A stretch of DNA of 64,000 nt from Anaeramoeba ignava BMAN (taxonomy: Eukaryota; Protista; Anaeramoebae): NCBI GenBank assembly GCA_028826165.1, contig JAPDFW010000001.1, positions 1-64,000 on the forward strand, read 5' to 3'. The position numbers and the translations under genes are program-made. Under the pieces are notes generated by a model, which worked only from the letters and a program-made list of their open reading frames with translations, ran no database searches and was not told the DNA's origin. This document shows positions 13,449 through 27,000 of this stretch, one piece after another. Positions within the stretch are counted from its first letter, which is position 1; the number at the start of each line of letters is the position of its first letter.

Positions 13449-15617
13449 TTAAAAATATTCCTTAAATTCTTTCCTTTTATCTGTCACATACCACTTTTCG
13501 TCTTGAGTTTGTTCAAAAAGGGAATTTTGTAAACAAGTTAAAATGGATTTTTTGCAGTCAGCTGAATAAAGATTTCCATTTTTTTTATGAATTTGTTTCC
13601 ATTTTGGAGACAAATCTTTATAAATATCTTCCAAAGTTGCAAAGCCACCTCTTGAATCAATACTCTTCACAATTTCTATTTGTAATTCTGTTGGTTTATT
13701 CAATGTTGATTCATTTTGTTCTTCTTCATCTGATCTCATTTTGCGTTTGACTTTTCTTTTTTGATTTGAATTGACATTTTTCACATTTTTTTCTTTTGAT
13801 TCTTTTTTTTCGTTTGTTTCATTGTCTTGTTCTTCATAATCATCTTCTTCTTTTTCGTTGTGGAAAGAAATTTGATCTGCGGTTATTTTCTTTCCATTTG
13901 GAAGATAGCATTTAATTAAAGAAGGGTTTGAAAAAAGTAATTCTGCAACATTTTTCTTTAAATTGAAATTAAAATTAAAATTAAAATTAAAATTAAAATT
14001 GAAATTAAAATTGAAATTTGAATTCATACTCCTTTTTGACTTAAAGAGAAAACTTCATTTGTTTGTCCAATTTTCTAAAAATTTAAAAATTTAATAAATT
14101 TAATAAATTTAAAAAAACTATTTTGTTTTTGAAAAAAAACCTTAAAAAATTGTCTTTTAGGTTGAGTTAAAAGTTCAAGAATTTTATCATTAAAATGAGG
14201 AGAAACAGGTAAATTTGAATATCTTTCAAAAATTGGTTTAACCCAATTAGAAATATCATTTATATATTTTGGATGGTGTTTTCCCAAATAAAATAAAACC
14301 AAAACTAGAGAAAACAAGAAATTTTTTTGAATTGGAATTTGTTTTCTTTCTTTTTTCTGTTTTCTTTTTACCTTGAAGAAGTGAAATTGGAGTTTTTGGA
14401 ATGTTTGAATTAATGGGCTCTATCATCATTTCATTATTTTCTTCTGAGGTTGTGTTGGTTTTCTTTGAATTTTCATTTGTTTGGTTATCACTTTCATTTT
14501 CTTCATTCTCATCATCAGTATCGTCTTCACTTTCCATTTTTTCAGTTTGATTGGTATTTTGTTCATCTTTTTCATTTTCTGGATCAAATTCTAAAAAAAA
14601 GAACCAAAACAAGAAATGAAAAAAATCGAAACAAGAAATGAAAAAAACCAAAACAAGAAATGAAAGAAAATGTGTAAATTGGTTTTTGTCTTGTTTTTGT
14701 TTAAATTTTTACGTTGGAGATCTTTTTCAAATTTTTGAAGTAAATGTTCTTGAAATTGAGTAAACTAAATTTTGAAAGAAAAAGAAAAGGAAAAAGAAAT
14801 AATTTTTAGTTACTATTTTTGATATAAAGGAAAATGAAAGTTACTTCTGGATTTTTTAAGTTTGGATTTTCTTTTCGGAGTTGTTTAAGTGGAATTTTGC
14901 CAATTAAATAATGATCTTGTAAAGAAGGATCAGGCTAAAAATATTGGAAAATTAAAAATTGGGAAAAACAAAAGAAGAATAAAATTTTCATTTTGAAAAA
15001 TTACAACAAAGAAAACGAGATTATTATTCAATCCATTTAAATGAATATAAGTTGCTTGCCTATTTAAAATTAAAATTCATTTTGAAATTCATTTTGAAAT
15101 TAAAATTAAAATTAAAATTAAAATCAAAATTAAAATTTATTTGAAAAGATTTCTTACCAAATATAACCTGAATATTCAGGAAGTTTTGAACCTAAAATTT
15201 TCCAGTGTTGTTTTACATGTTGAAAAATATATTCAAAAGGACAAGAACCTCTATATTTAAGAATTGCATCAAGAATTAAAACTGAAAAAAAAAAATTTTT
15301 TAAATAAAAATAAATAATTTAAAATAAAAAAGAATAAAAATACTTTGGATTTTTGACATTTGGGAAGTATCATAATTATGAGGAATAAATTTTTGACGAG
15401 CTTTGTTGAATTTGTGTTCATCATGTTCTATTGAAGATTTATCTATTTGTTGATCCCAAGTTTCTAAAATTATGTTATTTCTTGAATTATTCCATGAATT
15501 TCTTGGAGAATGATTAACTAAAAAAGATAAACTAAGTGAAGGATTGAATTGTGTTGAAGAGGTTTGAGTTGTTTCTTTTTTGGTAGCACTTCTAACAGGT
15601 CGATATTTGATTCTCAT
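13449..15617 (-). CDS. Uncharacterised multi-exon protein with repeated winged-helix-like modules
   Basis: ATG at 15617 (MRIKYRP). The spliced N-terminal module SKIQILILDAILKYRGSCPFEYIFQHVKQHWK resembles the C-terminal module TELQIEIVKSIDSRGGFATLEDIYKDLSPKWK. Acidic linkers; GT-AG introns. Confidence 0.55.
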
Positions 15618-15689
15618 TAAAAAAAATAAAAAAATAAAAAAATGAAAAATGAAAAATAAAAAAATGAAAAATGAAAAATGAAAAAATGA

Positions 15690-16250
15690 AATTATTATAA
15701 AATTCATTGTAAAATTTATTGTAAAATTTATTATAAAATTAATTATAAAATTCATTATAAAATTAATTATTAAATTCATTTTAAAATTTATTATAAATTC
15801 ATTATTAAATTCTTTCTAAAATTTATTGTAAAATTTATTATAAAATTTATTATAAATTTATTATAAAATTCATTATAAAAAATTAAAATTCATTATAAAA
15901 TTATAAAATTTATTATTAAAATTTATTATAAAAATTATTATATAAAATTTATTATAAAATTAATTATAAAATTCATTGTAAAATTAATTATAAAATTTAT
16001 TATAAAATTCATTTATTATTAAATTTATTATAAAATTTATTAAAATTCATTGTAAAATTTATTGTAAAATTCATTATAAAATTCATTGTAAAATTTATTA
16101 TAAAATTTATTGTAAAATTCATTATAAATTCATTGTAAAATTTATTGTAAAATTCTTTCTAAAATTCATTATAAAATTTATTGTAAAATTTATTATAAAA
16201 TTCATTGTAAAATTCGTTGTAAAATTCATTGTAAAATTTATTGTAAAAAT
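15690..16250. repeat. 12-mer minisatellite (TTYATTRTAAAA)n, intergenic
   Basis: Directly visible. Confidence 0.85.
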
Positions 16251-17017
16251 TTAACATTTCCAATAATCGCATCCCCAATGAGTAGAAGCTAAAAAAATAA
16301 TAAAAGCAATCAACAAAACAATCAAACAAATCAAACCCTTTTTAGTAGTAATTTTTCCAAGTTTATTTCCTCTTCTTGTATGAATTTTGAGTTTTACTTC
16401 GACCTTATCACTAGATTTACCGAGATCATTAAGTATTTTATCATGAACATCCAATTCTTCGCTAATATTAATAGCGATATGCTGTTGATTTTTAATAGAA
16501 TGATACATAGCTTCCAAATCATTGTCTTGATCCTCCATAACTTTTTTTTGATAATCAATCAATTGGTGATCATCAAGTCCTTTTGTTTCATTTGTTTCTT
16601 CGTAAATTTGTTGTGGTTCTGAAAGAAGCGGTTGTGTTTCAAAATTGTAATGGTTGAACTTGTTCGAAGTTACTTCATATTGATTTTGAACTTTTCGAAT
16701 TTTATTTTTTCTTCTTTCAAGCTCAACTATTGGTATATCTTCTTTTTGAGGGTTTTTAAATGCTTCTGTTAATAAAGAATCAAGTCTTGCCATCTCCTTT
16801 TTGATTTCTGCAAACTAAGAATGTTATTTAATTTAATTTAATTTAATTTTAATTTGTTTTTGTTTTTGTTTTGAAAAAAAACATTTTTTTGTATTTCTCG
16901 ATTTAATTCTGTTGTATTCTCCTTTTCTTGTCTTAAACGATTTCTTTCATTAACTTTGGAGGTTGTTTCTTCCATTAAAACTTCAAGTTCTTCTTGATCG
17001 TCTAACCAATTTTCCAT
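16251..17017 (-). CDS. Qc-SNARE, syntaxin-8/SYP5-like (2 exons)
   Basis: MENWLDD start. SNARE motif QKKVMEDQDNDLEAMYHSIKNQQHIAINISEELDVHDKIL and a C-terminal TM anchor. Intron ~16816-16882. Confidence 0.8.
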
Positions 17018-17275
17018 TTAAAAGAAAAAAGAAAAAAAGAAAAAAAGAAAAAATGAAAAAATTTTTTTTAATTGAAAATGACTTTTTTTTTTAATGAAAA
17101 TTTTGAAGAGAAAAAAAAAAGAAAAAAGTAATTTCTTTGTTTGTTTTCTTTGTTTGTTTTCTTTTGTTTGTTTTTTTCTTTGAATTTCCTTTTCAATATC
17201 AAATCCTTTTAGGAAATTAATCAATCAATTAAAAAAAAAAATAATCAATAAAAGAATTTCTTATTGATTATTTTT

Positions 17276-17646
17276 TTATTTTAAACCTAAAATCTTATCC
17301 AATTCATCAGTTTCATTAAGATTTTCAACTTCTTCCCATTCACCAATAAATTTTCCATTAACATGTAATTGAGGGAAAGTTTTTTTTCCGCTTCTTCTGA
17401 ACATTTCTGTTTGTTTTAAAAGTTTTAATAAATTTTTAATAAATTTTTTGCTTTTTTTTTTTTTCAATTAAATTTTTAATTTTTAAATTTTGAATTTGTT
17501 TTACCTTCTTTCTTGTCAGCATCTGTTCCAATATCATAAATTTCATATTTAATCTTTTTAATATCAAGAAGAAATCTCATTGATTGTTCATACTTTTTTG
17601 CATTAAGAGAAGAAGTTGCAAATGAAGAAAAAATTTCAACTTGCAT
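17276..17646 (-). CDS. SH3BGR-like glutaredoxin-fold protein (2 exons)
   Basis: Spliced translation MQVEIFSSFATSS...MRFLLDIKKIKYEIYDI...EMFRRSGKKTFPQLHVNGKFIGEWEEVENLNETDELDKILGL. Confidence 0.8.
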
Positions 17647-17944
17647 TTTGTTTTAATTTTCAAAATAAAAAAATGAAAAAATAAAAAATGAAAAAAAATT
17701 ATTTTTGTTTTTTTTTTTAAATAAAAAAATTTAAAATAGAAAATTAAAATCTTTTTCTTTATATTTTTTTTTTTGGGAAGTTTAAGAATTTATTATTTTG
17801 TGAAAAAAAAAAAATGAATTTAAAAAGAGGAAAGAAATCAAATCAATCAATCAATCAATGAAAAAAAAAAAGTGGAAATTAGTTGAAAAAAAAAAGGAAT
17901 GTGAAAATGGATAAAGAATTGAAAGTCAAACTTAAAAAAAAAAT

Positions 17945-19052
17945 CTAGTTATTGTTTGATTCAGTTGGTGCTTGATTTGCTTGATTTTCATCAGTTTTAC
18001 GAATATTCCATACATGTTTTCTGTTTTGGGTATCTCCATCTTGTCTTCTTTGGAAATTTCGGTCTCCACCAAATCCGCCTGTTCTTGAGAATCTAGGTCT
18101 ATCTCCAAAGGTTCTTTTTTCTCCTGTTTGATTTCTATTAAAGAATCCTCTTGGTCTGTATTCATTTCCTTGTGCGCCATCTCTTGGACGTCTCTGTTAA
18201 ATTTAATTTAATTTAATTTTTATTTAATTTTTATTTAATTTTTATTTGATTTCATGTTAATTGAAATTTTTTTAAATTATTTTTGTTCATTTCAATTTCA
18301 TGTTGATTGAAATTTTTTCAATTTAAATTTCATATTTTTTGTGTATATAAGTTTTTTTTCTTCTATTAAAAAAAATGATAATAATAATAATAATAATTAC
18401 ATTTCCGAAAGTTCTTCTTGTATCAGTTCTTCCATCACGAGAGAATCTTTTTCTTCCATCTTGATATCTTCTAAGTGCATCTTGTTGTGTTTTAAGTTTT
18501 GGTTTATAAGATTCTGGGATAACATCTTCAGGAAGATGTAAAAATTCTCTAAGATAAGTAACACCATCTTCAGTTAAAGTCCTGAATTAAAATTCATTTA
18601 TAAAATTAAAATTCATTTATAAAATTAAAATTCATTTATAAAATTAAAATTATAATTGAATTGAATTGAATTGAATTGAATTGAATTGAATTGAATTGAA
18701 TTGAATTTATAATTGAATTGAATTGAATTGAATTGATAAAGAATACTTACCAGAAATACCATTGCCATACGAATTTTTCTTCAGCATATCCTCGTTGAAC
18801 AAAAGATTGCAATAATTTTATTACAAATAAATTGTCAACTTTTGTTTCTTTGTGTTTAATTGTAATTTGCAAAATAAAAAAATAAATTTTAATTTTGTAT
18901 AAACCAATTTTTATTTTATTTTATTTTAATAATTTAATTTAATTTAATTTAATTTAATTTTTTAAAAATTTTTTCCAATTTTTAATTTTTAATTAAAAAC
19001 ATTTTTAAATAATTGACGATAAATTGTTAATCTGTCATCTTGGAATTCTCAT
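17945..19052 (-). CDS. RPS10: 40S ribosomal protein eS10 (multi-exon; 5' part appears corrupted)
   Basis: Spliced translation VDNLFVIKLLQSFVQRGYAEEKFVWQWYFW|TLTEDGVTYLREFLHLPEDVIP, followed by an R/G-rich tail. N-terminal MRIP..DDRLTIYRQLFK is present at ~19052-19000 with a frameshift. The ORF track reports other frames. Confidence 0.85.
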
Positions 19053-19539
19053 TGAATTTAACTTTATTTAGAAAGGATAGGAAACAAGAAAAAGAGAAAT
19101 TGTTTTTAAAAAAGTCTTGAATTAAAAATAAAAATTTAATTAAAAACAAAAAAATTTTTAATTGTTTTTTTTTATTTATTAATTAAAAAGTGGAATAAAA
19201 TTAAAATAAATAATATAATTTTGTATATTATTAATTTTATTTTATAAATTAACATATTTTATTTAAATTATTTATAAATTTATTTTTTTATATTGGAATA
19301 AAATTAATTTTAAATTTTTCTTTTTTCATCTTCTTTTTATTTAATTTTTTTTATTTTAAATTCTAAAATGAATTTCTTTATTTTTTTTATTTCCAAAAAT
19401 TAATTAAAAAGTGGAATAAAATTTTTTTCAAATTATTTTTGGTTATCCATCATTTCAATTTCTTGTTCATATTTCGCGAAAAATCATTTAAATTTTCTAA
19501 ATTTATTTTAAATTATTTTTAAATTTATTTTTAACAAAA

Positions 19540-20560
19540 ATTAATTAAAAAGTGGAATAAAATTATTGAGCATTTTTCAATTTTTAAATAATATTTTAAC
19601 AATTAATAAATTTAATATTTATTTTAAAAATAAATTATAAATTAATTTATAATATTTATTTAAATTATTTAAATTAAATTTATTTCAAAAATTAAATTAA
19701 AAAGTGGAATAAAATTATTTTTCAATTTATTTATCATTTTCTAAATAATATTTTAACAATTAATAAATTTAATATTTATTTTAAAAATAAATTATAACTT
19801 AATTTATAATATTTATTTAAATTATTTAAATTAAATTTATTTCAAAAAAATTAATTAAAAAGTGGAATAAAATTAATTTTCAATTTTATATTATTTTTTA
19901 ATAAACAATTAATAAATTTAATATTTATTTTAAAAATAAAATTATAAATTAATTTATAATATTTATTTAAATTATTTAAATTAAATTTATTTCCAAAAAA
20001 TTAAATAAAAAAAAAGTGGAATAAAATTATTTTCCAAATTATTTATCATTTTCTAAATAATATTTTAATAATTATTAAATTTATTATTTATTTTAAAAAT
20101 AAATTATAAATTAATTTCTAATATTTATTTAAATTATTTAAATTAAATTTATTTTCAAAAATTAATTAAAAAGTGGAATAAAATTATTTTCCAAATTATT
20201 TATTATTTTTAAATAATATTTTAATAATTAATAAATTTAATATTTATTTTAAAAATAAATTATAAATTAATTTCTAATATTTAATTTAAATTATTTAAAT
20301 TAAATTTATTTTCAAAAATTAAATAAAAAAAAAGTGGAATAAAATTAATTTTCAAATTATTTATTATTTTTTAAATAATATTTTAATAATTATTTAATTT
20401 AATATTTATTTTAAAAATAAATTATAAATTAATTTCTAATATTTATTTAAATTATTTAAATTAAATTTATTTTTAAAAATTAATTAAAAAAAAGTGGAAT
20501 AAAATTAATTTCCAAATTATTTATCATTTTTAAATAATATTTTAATAATTAATAAATTTA
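19540..20560. repeat. Tandem satellite, ~157-bp unit containing AAAAGTGGAATAAAA, ~6.5 copies
   Basis: AGTGGAATAAA at ~19551, 19703, 19861, 20015, 20172, 20333 and 20493, with degenerate copies at ~19189 and 19410. Confidence 0.85.
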
Positions 20561-20603
20561 AAAAAAATATGATAAAATGTTATTTAATTTTATTTAATTT
20601 ATT

Positions 20604-21944
20604 TTATTGTTGAAATAAATTAATAATTTCTTTAGAATATTCTTGAATTTCAGATTCATTTGGCTGAGAATTATCATCTTGAAATAAAGCATAAAATTCC
20701 ATATAATTTGATTTGGAAGTAATTTGAATTTTGGAAATAATCTTTTCATCAAAAATTTTAGAAAGTGTTTGAGTTTCTCTAAAACTTTTAAATCCCAAAT
20801 GAGGTTTAATGAATTGTGAAGAACTACGTCTCCTCTTTTGAGTTTGAACCCAAGTCTGGAAATAGAAATAAATATTCTTTCTTTTTAAAATTGCAGTTTG
20901 ATTTTCTTGACTATCCAAAGTATTTTGAGAAAATTTAATCAATTCTTGACAATCTTCCATTTTGGTATTTTTGCCCAAATAAAAATTTCCTGATTTTTTA
21001 TTTCGATTATTTAAGATTGCAAATTGCAAATTCTTTGCAATTTCTGTTGTTATTTGAGGTTGTTGGAGTTTTTGTTTTATAAGGTCTACACTAATATTTA
21101 ATTGATCAAAATCCAGAATGTCAACTTGATTGCTTTTGTAAATTGATACAAAAAGTAATTGATTTTTTTTATGGAAAACAACACTTCTATTTTTTAAGGT
21201 TGATTTTTTTAACAAAAATAGATCTTGTCGATTGATTTGTGAGAATCTTTGATTATTTTGATTATTTTGATTATTTTGATTTTGATTTTCATTTAAAATT
21301 TCATTTTCATTTTCATTTTGATTTTCATTTTGATTATTTTGATTTTCATTTTGATTTTCATTTAAATTTAAAATTTGATTTATATAAATTAAAATGTTAA
21401 TGATATTAGAATGCTCTATTGGCGTTTTTCTTGAAAATCGATAAATCAAAACATCGTTAAAAAAAAGCAGAACATGTTTAACATTGTTTTCATAAATCAA
21501 TTCCAAATTTCTAATAATTTTATCTTTTTTATGAAAATGTAAAACCCTTTTTGAATCAATCAAAAATAATGGGAATTTTGAACATAAAATTGAATAAGAT
21601 TGAATTAAACGATGGATTAATTTTTGACTTGTTTGTTCTAATATTTCTTTTGGAGAATTTCCTAAAACAAATTCAACCAATTCAGATAGTTTTTTAACAT
21701 GGTGACGAATAAGTATTTCTGAGTCTTGATTAGAAAGTACAATATAATGGAAATCTTTGATTTTCTGTGAAAATAAAATCAATTCTTTTGAATAAACAAT
21801 GCAACCATTTTTTGGAAGGTTTTTTAAAATTTCAGATTCTTGATTTGAACTAAATGAATAATTTTCATTAAAAACAACAAATTCTCGAAATTTATTTTGT
21901 TTTTGATTTTTTTTGTGTTTGTTTTTATTTTTATTATCAAACAT
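20604..21944 (-). CDS. Hypothetical 446-aa protein, weak resemblance to CCZ1/HPS4/INTU longin proteins
   Basis: Intact ORF with ATG. EFVVFN near the N terminus and VLLFFNDVLIY resemble longin-domain strands (weak). N/Q-rich insert. Confidence 0.55.
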   Translation of the reverse strand: MFDNKNKNKHKKNQKQNKFREFVVFNENYSFSSNQESEILKNLPKNGCIVYSKELILFSQKIKDFHYIVLSNQDSEILIRHHVKKLSELVEFVLGNSPKEILEQTSQKLIHRLIQSYSILCSKFPLFLIDSKRVLHFHKKDKIIRNLELIYENNVKHVLLFFNDVLIYRFSRKTPIEHSNIINILIYINQILNLNENQNENQNNQNENQNENENEILNENQNQNNQNNQNNQRFSQINRQDLFLLKKSTLKNRSVVFHKKNQLLFVSIYKSNQVDILDFDQLNISVDLIKQKLQQPQITTEIAKNLQFAILNNRNKKSGNFYLGKNTKMEDCQELIKFSQNTLDSQENQTAILKRKNIYFYFQTWVQTQKRRRSSSQFIKPHLGFKSFRETQTLSKIFDEKIISKIQITSKSNYMEFYALFQDDNSQPNESEIQEYSKEIINLFQQ

Positions 21945-22057
21945 CTAAAAGAAAAAAAACCGGAAAAAAAAAATGGAAAATAAAATTTTTTCATTTTTTT
22001 CATTTTTCTTTCAAAATAAAAATAAAAATAAAAATAAAAATAAAAATAAAAATAAAA

Positions 22058-22450
22058 ATGACTTATGAAGGAATGATAACAAATTATGAAATGTTCAACA
22101 TAATTATTGCAAACAGAAAATTAAGAGGGATTAAAAAGGGTGCTCCTTTAAAAGGAATATCAGATTTTCAAGACTATGAATATTTTTGGGTTGAAGAAAA
22201 AATTTATCAATTACTTTCTGATGAAGATGAAAGAGGAAGAACAAAAGGAAAAATAAATCAATTTCTTTCTTCAATTAAAAAATTCAAATTGACAGCTGGT
22301 GAAGTGATACAAATTATTAATTTGAAACCAACATCTTTATTAGAATTACGGTTGATTCTCAATCCAAAAACATTTTCTGGTTTAGATCAATCAGAACTTG
22401 AAGAATTACTTGAAGAATCTCAAAAAACTTGGATGAAAAATGAAAAATGA
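22058..22450 (+). CDS. CRCP: RNA polymerase III subunit RPC9/C17 (Rpb4 family)
   Basis: ITNYEMFNII and KLTAGEVIQIINLKPTSLLELRLIL match the CRCP/Rpc17 motifs LSNYEV and KLTKAEKLQLLNxRP. Confidence 0.8.
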   Translation: MTYEGMITNYEMFNIIIANRKLRGIKKGAPLKGISDFQDYEYFWVEEKIYQLLSDEDERGRTKGKINQFLSSIKKFKLTAGEVIQIINLKPTSLLELRLILNPKTFSGLDQSELEELLEESQKTWMKNEK

Positions 22451-22643
22451 AAAATGGAAAATGAAAATGAAAATATAATTTTATAATTTTTAAGTATGAA
22501 TGCCTTTAATTGAATACATTTGATTTAATTTGATTTAATTTGAATTTAATTTCATTTTAATTTAATTTCAAATTGAAAAGAAACCAAATACAACTTCTTC
22601 AAAAATTAAAAGGAATAAAAAATTTTAGAAAAAAAAATTCTTT

Positions 22644-23740
22644 TTAATTCTCTTTTTGTTTTCTTTTCTTTTCTGATGATTGTCGATTTTTAAATGATTT
22701 CACAAAATCTGCAAATTGGTCATAATTTTTCAATCTAATATTTAAAATTAAAATTCATTTTAATATTAAATTTAAAATTTGATTTAAAATTAAAATTAAA
22801 ATTACCTTCTTGAAGATGAATAAGAAATATAAAAATTTCCATGTTTTTTTGAGTATTTTCTAACAATTTTTAAAGGTTTCACTTCTGAATCATCGATAAA
22901 TTGTTCTAGATTTTCTTCTTTTTGTCTCCATGAATTTTCGGGAATATCACCTTGTTCTAGACGTGCAATTACTGCGTCAAGATGAGTTCCTTCTTTTCTT
23001 GGAGAAAGAAGTTTTTTTTTGATTTTTTCTCTTCTTTTTTTTCTTGAATTATTTGGTATTTTATCTGATATCATTTCTGTTTCTGAATTTATTTTTGAAT
23101 TTGAATTTTTGAATTTTTTTGGATTTGAATCTGAATTTGAATCTGATTTTGATTTTGATTTTGATTTTGATTTTGATTTTGATTTTGATTTTGATTTTGA
23201 TTTTGATTTTGATTTTGATTTTGATTTTGATTTTGAATTTGAATTTGAATTAGATTTTGAATTTGATTTTGAATTTGAATTAGAATTTGATTTTGAATTA
23301 GAATTTGAATTTGATTTTGAATTAGAATTTGATTCAGTTTCTGATTCTGTGATTTCTGATTCAGTTTCTGATTGAAATACAAAATTATCCAAAATTTTTT
23401 TTGCAGATTCATTTTTAAAATCATGAAGAATTAAAGGATGTGAATCAAAAGCAAATTGATCTTCGAATTTTGTATTTGCTGATAAGTTTGTAAGGTCTTC
23501 AAATTCAGATTCTTGTGATGTTTCTTGATTTGAAAATATTTCTTCAAATAAAGAAGATTGATTGATAGAAATTGATTCATTTTCATTTTTATTATTTTTA
23601 TTATTTTGATTTTTATTTTGATTTGAATTTTTCTTTTTCTTTTTCTTTTTATTTTTCTTTGAATTTGATTTTTCTTTTTGATTTAGTGTTATTTGTCGAT
23701 TTGGAGCAGATTTGATATCGAAATATATTGGAAAATTCAT
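22644..23740 (-). CDS. HUN-domain (ubinuclein/Hpc2-like) histone-chaperone subunit, 2 exons
   Basis: VIARLE...QFIDDSE...GNFYIS matches the HUN/HRD motif. S/K/N low-complexity tract. Intron ~22735-22804; short last exon ends at TAA 22644. Confidence 0.65.
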
Positions 23741-24014
23741 AATTTTAAATAATTTCAAATAATTTTAAATAATCTTTTTTTTTTTATAAAAAATTTCGTT
23801 AAAAAATAATAAATTGAAAATGATTGTTTTCTAAAATTGATTAAAATGAGTTAAATTTAAGGTAAAACAATTAATTGAAAATGAAGAGAAAGAAAAAATG
23901 AAAAAAAAAAAATAAAAACAAATTTTCATTTTTTTCATTTTTTCTTTTCAAAATAATAAAAAAAATAATAATAAAAAAAATAAAAATAATAAAAATAAAA
24001 ATAAAAATAATAAA

Positions 24015-27000
24015 ATGTTTCAAAATTTTTCTAATTGGATCAAAAAAAAATTTCGAAAATTTAATTGGTTTTTACTTCTTGAATTAACACTTTTGATTAT
24101 ATTTTTATATGCCTCAATACATAAATTTCGATATTCAGCATCAGAACCTGAAGAGTTACTTGTTTTAAGAAATGATAATGAAGAAGAATTTATTGATCCG
24201 AAAAAACGTTTTAATAAATTTATTTGGATTTTTGTTGATTCACTTGCTTATGATCAAGCGAGTTCAATTTTAGAGTCATTAGAAAGCCATGCAAATCAAT
24301 ATAGAATATTTAATGAAGGTTTTTAAAATGAAAACAAATTTTCCATTTAGACTTATTTATCCAATTTAATTTTATAATTATTTTTATTTTTATTTTTATT
24401 TTTATTTTTATAATTATTTTTATTTTTATTTTTATAATTATTTTTATAATTATTATTTTTATAGGCTTTAAATTTTCTCATGCTCTTTATGACTCTTTTT
24501 TTACGGGAAGACTTCCTTATAATTTTGAAGGTCAAGAGATTGAAGCTGATAATTTATTTTATCAATTTAAAAGATCAGGAAAAGATGTAGTTTATGTTGG
24601 GTTTGTATTGAATATCTGATGATTATTAAATTATAAATAAAATTATAAATAAAATTATAAATAAAATTATAAATAAAATTATAAATAAAAATATAAATAA
24701 AATTATAAATTAAATTATAAATTAAATTATAAATTATAAATTAAATTAAATTATAAATAAAAATATAAATAAAATTATAAATTAAATAATAAATTAAATT
24801 ATAAATAAAAATATAAATTAAATTATAAATAAAATTATAAATTAAATTATAAATTAAAATATAAATTAAATTATAAATAAAATTATAAATAAAAATATAA
24901 ATTAAATTATAAATGAAATTATAAATAAAATTATAAATAAAATTATAAATAAAATTATAAATAAAAATTATAAATAAAATTATAAAATTAAATTATAAAT
25001 TAAAAAATATATAAATAAAAATTATAAAATAAAAATAATAAATTAAATTATAAATTAAATTATAAATTAAATTATAAATAAAAATTATAAATTAAAATAT
25101 AAATTAAAATTATAAATAAATTAAAATTATAAATTAAATTATAAAATAAAATTAAATTATAAATTAAATTATAAATAAAAATTATAAATAAAATTATAAA
25201 TAAAATTATAAATAAAAATTATAAATTAAATTATAAATAAAAATATAAATTAAAATATAAATTAAATTATAAAATAAAATTATAAATAAAAATATAAATT
25301 AAAAATATAAATAAAATTATAAATAAAATTATAAATAAAAATATAAATTAAATAATAAATTAAATTATAAATTAAATTATAAATTAAATTATAAATTAAA
25401 TTATAAATAAAAATATAAATTAAATTATAAATAAAATTATAAGTTAAATTATAAATAAAATTATAAATAAAATTATAAATAAAAATATAAATAAAATTAT
25501 AAATAAAATTATAAATAAAATTATAAATAAAATTATAAATAAAAATATAAATAAAAATAATTATAAAAATATAAATAAAAAATTAAATTATAAATTATAA
25601 ATTAAAATTTGAAATTGAAAATAAAATAGACCTGAAAGACCTACAATATATGTATTAGGAGGATGGGAAAAAGCAAAAGAAAAATACTTCAGTGAAACAA
25701 TCAAGGTATCAGAAGAAGACACACTAATGCAATGGTTATTTGAGCCAGAACGGGGAACACGAGAAGAGCAAGAAATGGGATTAAACGAACAAGAATTTGT
25801 AGATTATCGACTTGACAATCTAAAGAAAAAAAACAGGAGTTTAATAATGTGTTCAGGATTAATGGATCACGTCCATCATCAGCACACAAAACTGGGGGAA
25901 CTAACACTAACACTTGTGCGAAAATTCATTGAGGATTTTGCGCGATTGAAAAATTGGGTGGATCGAAATCCGGATTATTTATTGATTTTCAATTCGGATC
26001 ACGGCGGCCAATCGTACCAAGGCGAGGACCGCGTAAGTCTGCACGGGAGTAACCTAGGCGGAAACGAGCCTTTCGTCAGCTTCTACAATCCCTATCTTGT
26101 CCCCAATCCAAAGCCTGACGAGCAATATAAATTCATCGATACTGTCGATGTTTGTCCCACTATTGTCCAATATATCACCTCAACAAATATCCCAACACTT
26201 AGCTTTGGCATTGCCGCTCCCCTGGCAAACGATACTGAAACAGAACTCGGCATCCGCAAAAGTAACGCCGAGCAGATTAAACACCTCGCCACTTTGAAAG
26301 GAATTAGATTCAACCAGGCCAAATATGAAAACGCTCTTACTGCCAAGAACAACACGCAAATTGAGGAGTTTATGCAGGAGATCAAAGGCCCAATGACCAC
26401 CCTCAAACAGCGTCCCGTGGTTGTTACTGTTTCCTTGTTTCTCACATTGATCTGGGGAGAATACAAAATTCTTCGTCAAATCAAGATTTCTAACCTCGCC
26501 TCCTTCATTGCTCACTTCTTCATCTACTTCCATCTCCTCTATCTCAGCTACGGGTTCATAGAGATTCAAGAGCGTCTCTTCTACAGCTATCTTATCCTCG
26601 TCTTGATTATCATCCTTTTCACCATCGTCAAGAAACGCGGCATTTGGAGAGAATACTCGATGGATTCTTCTCCTGACACATTGTCTTTTCATCAAGATAA
26701 GCCGCATAGAATCAACTCGGGCGGCACATCTTCTTCCCGTTTCAATCGTGTGCTGCTTTCTCTGAAGCAGAACATCCGCGATTTCTCCCTCGATTCACTC
26801 TCTCAGAATTATCTTTTTTGGAAACAGAATCTTCCGTCTCGTCTCAACAATATGATCCATAATTTTATCAAGAAGTTCTTCCATCCTGAAACCCTTGTTC
26901 TTGCGCTCCTCACGCTTAATTCCATTGGCTACATGTTCCTCGACTCTATTGTTCTTATTGAGGAAGCGTTGACTTTGTATCTGTTCTCCATTGTTCCTTT

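Noticed and set aside
17932-18180. 82-aa acidic ORF MAHKEMNTDQ...
   Set aside because: It is an alternate frame of the last RPS10 exon; splice phase supports the R/G-rich frame.
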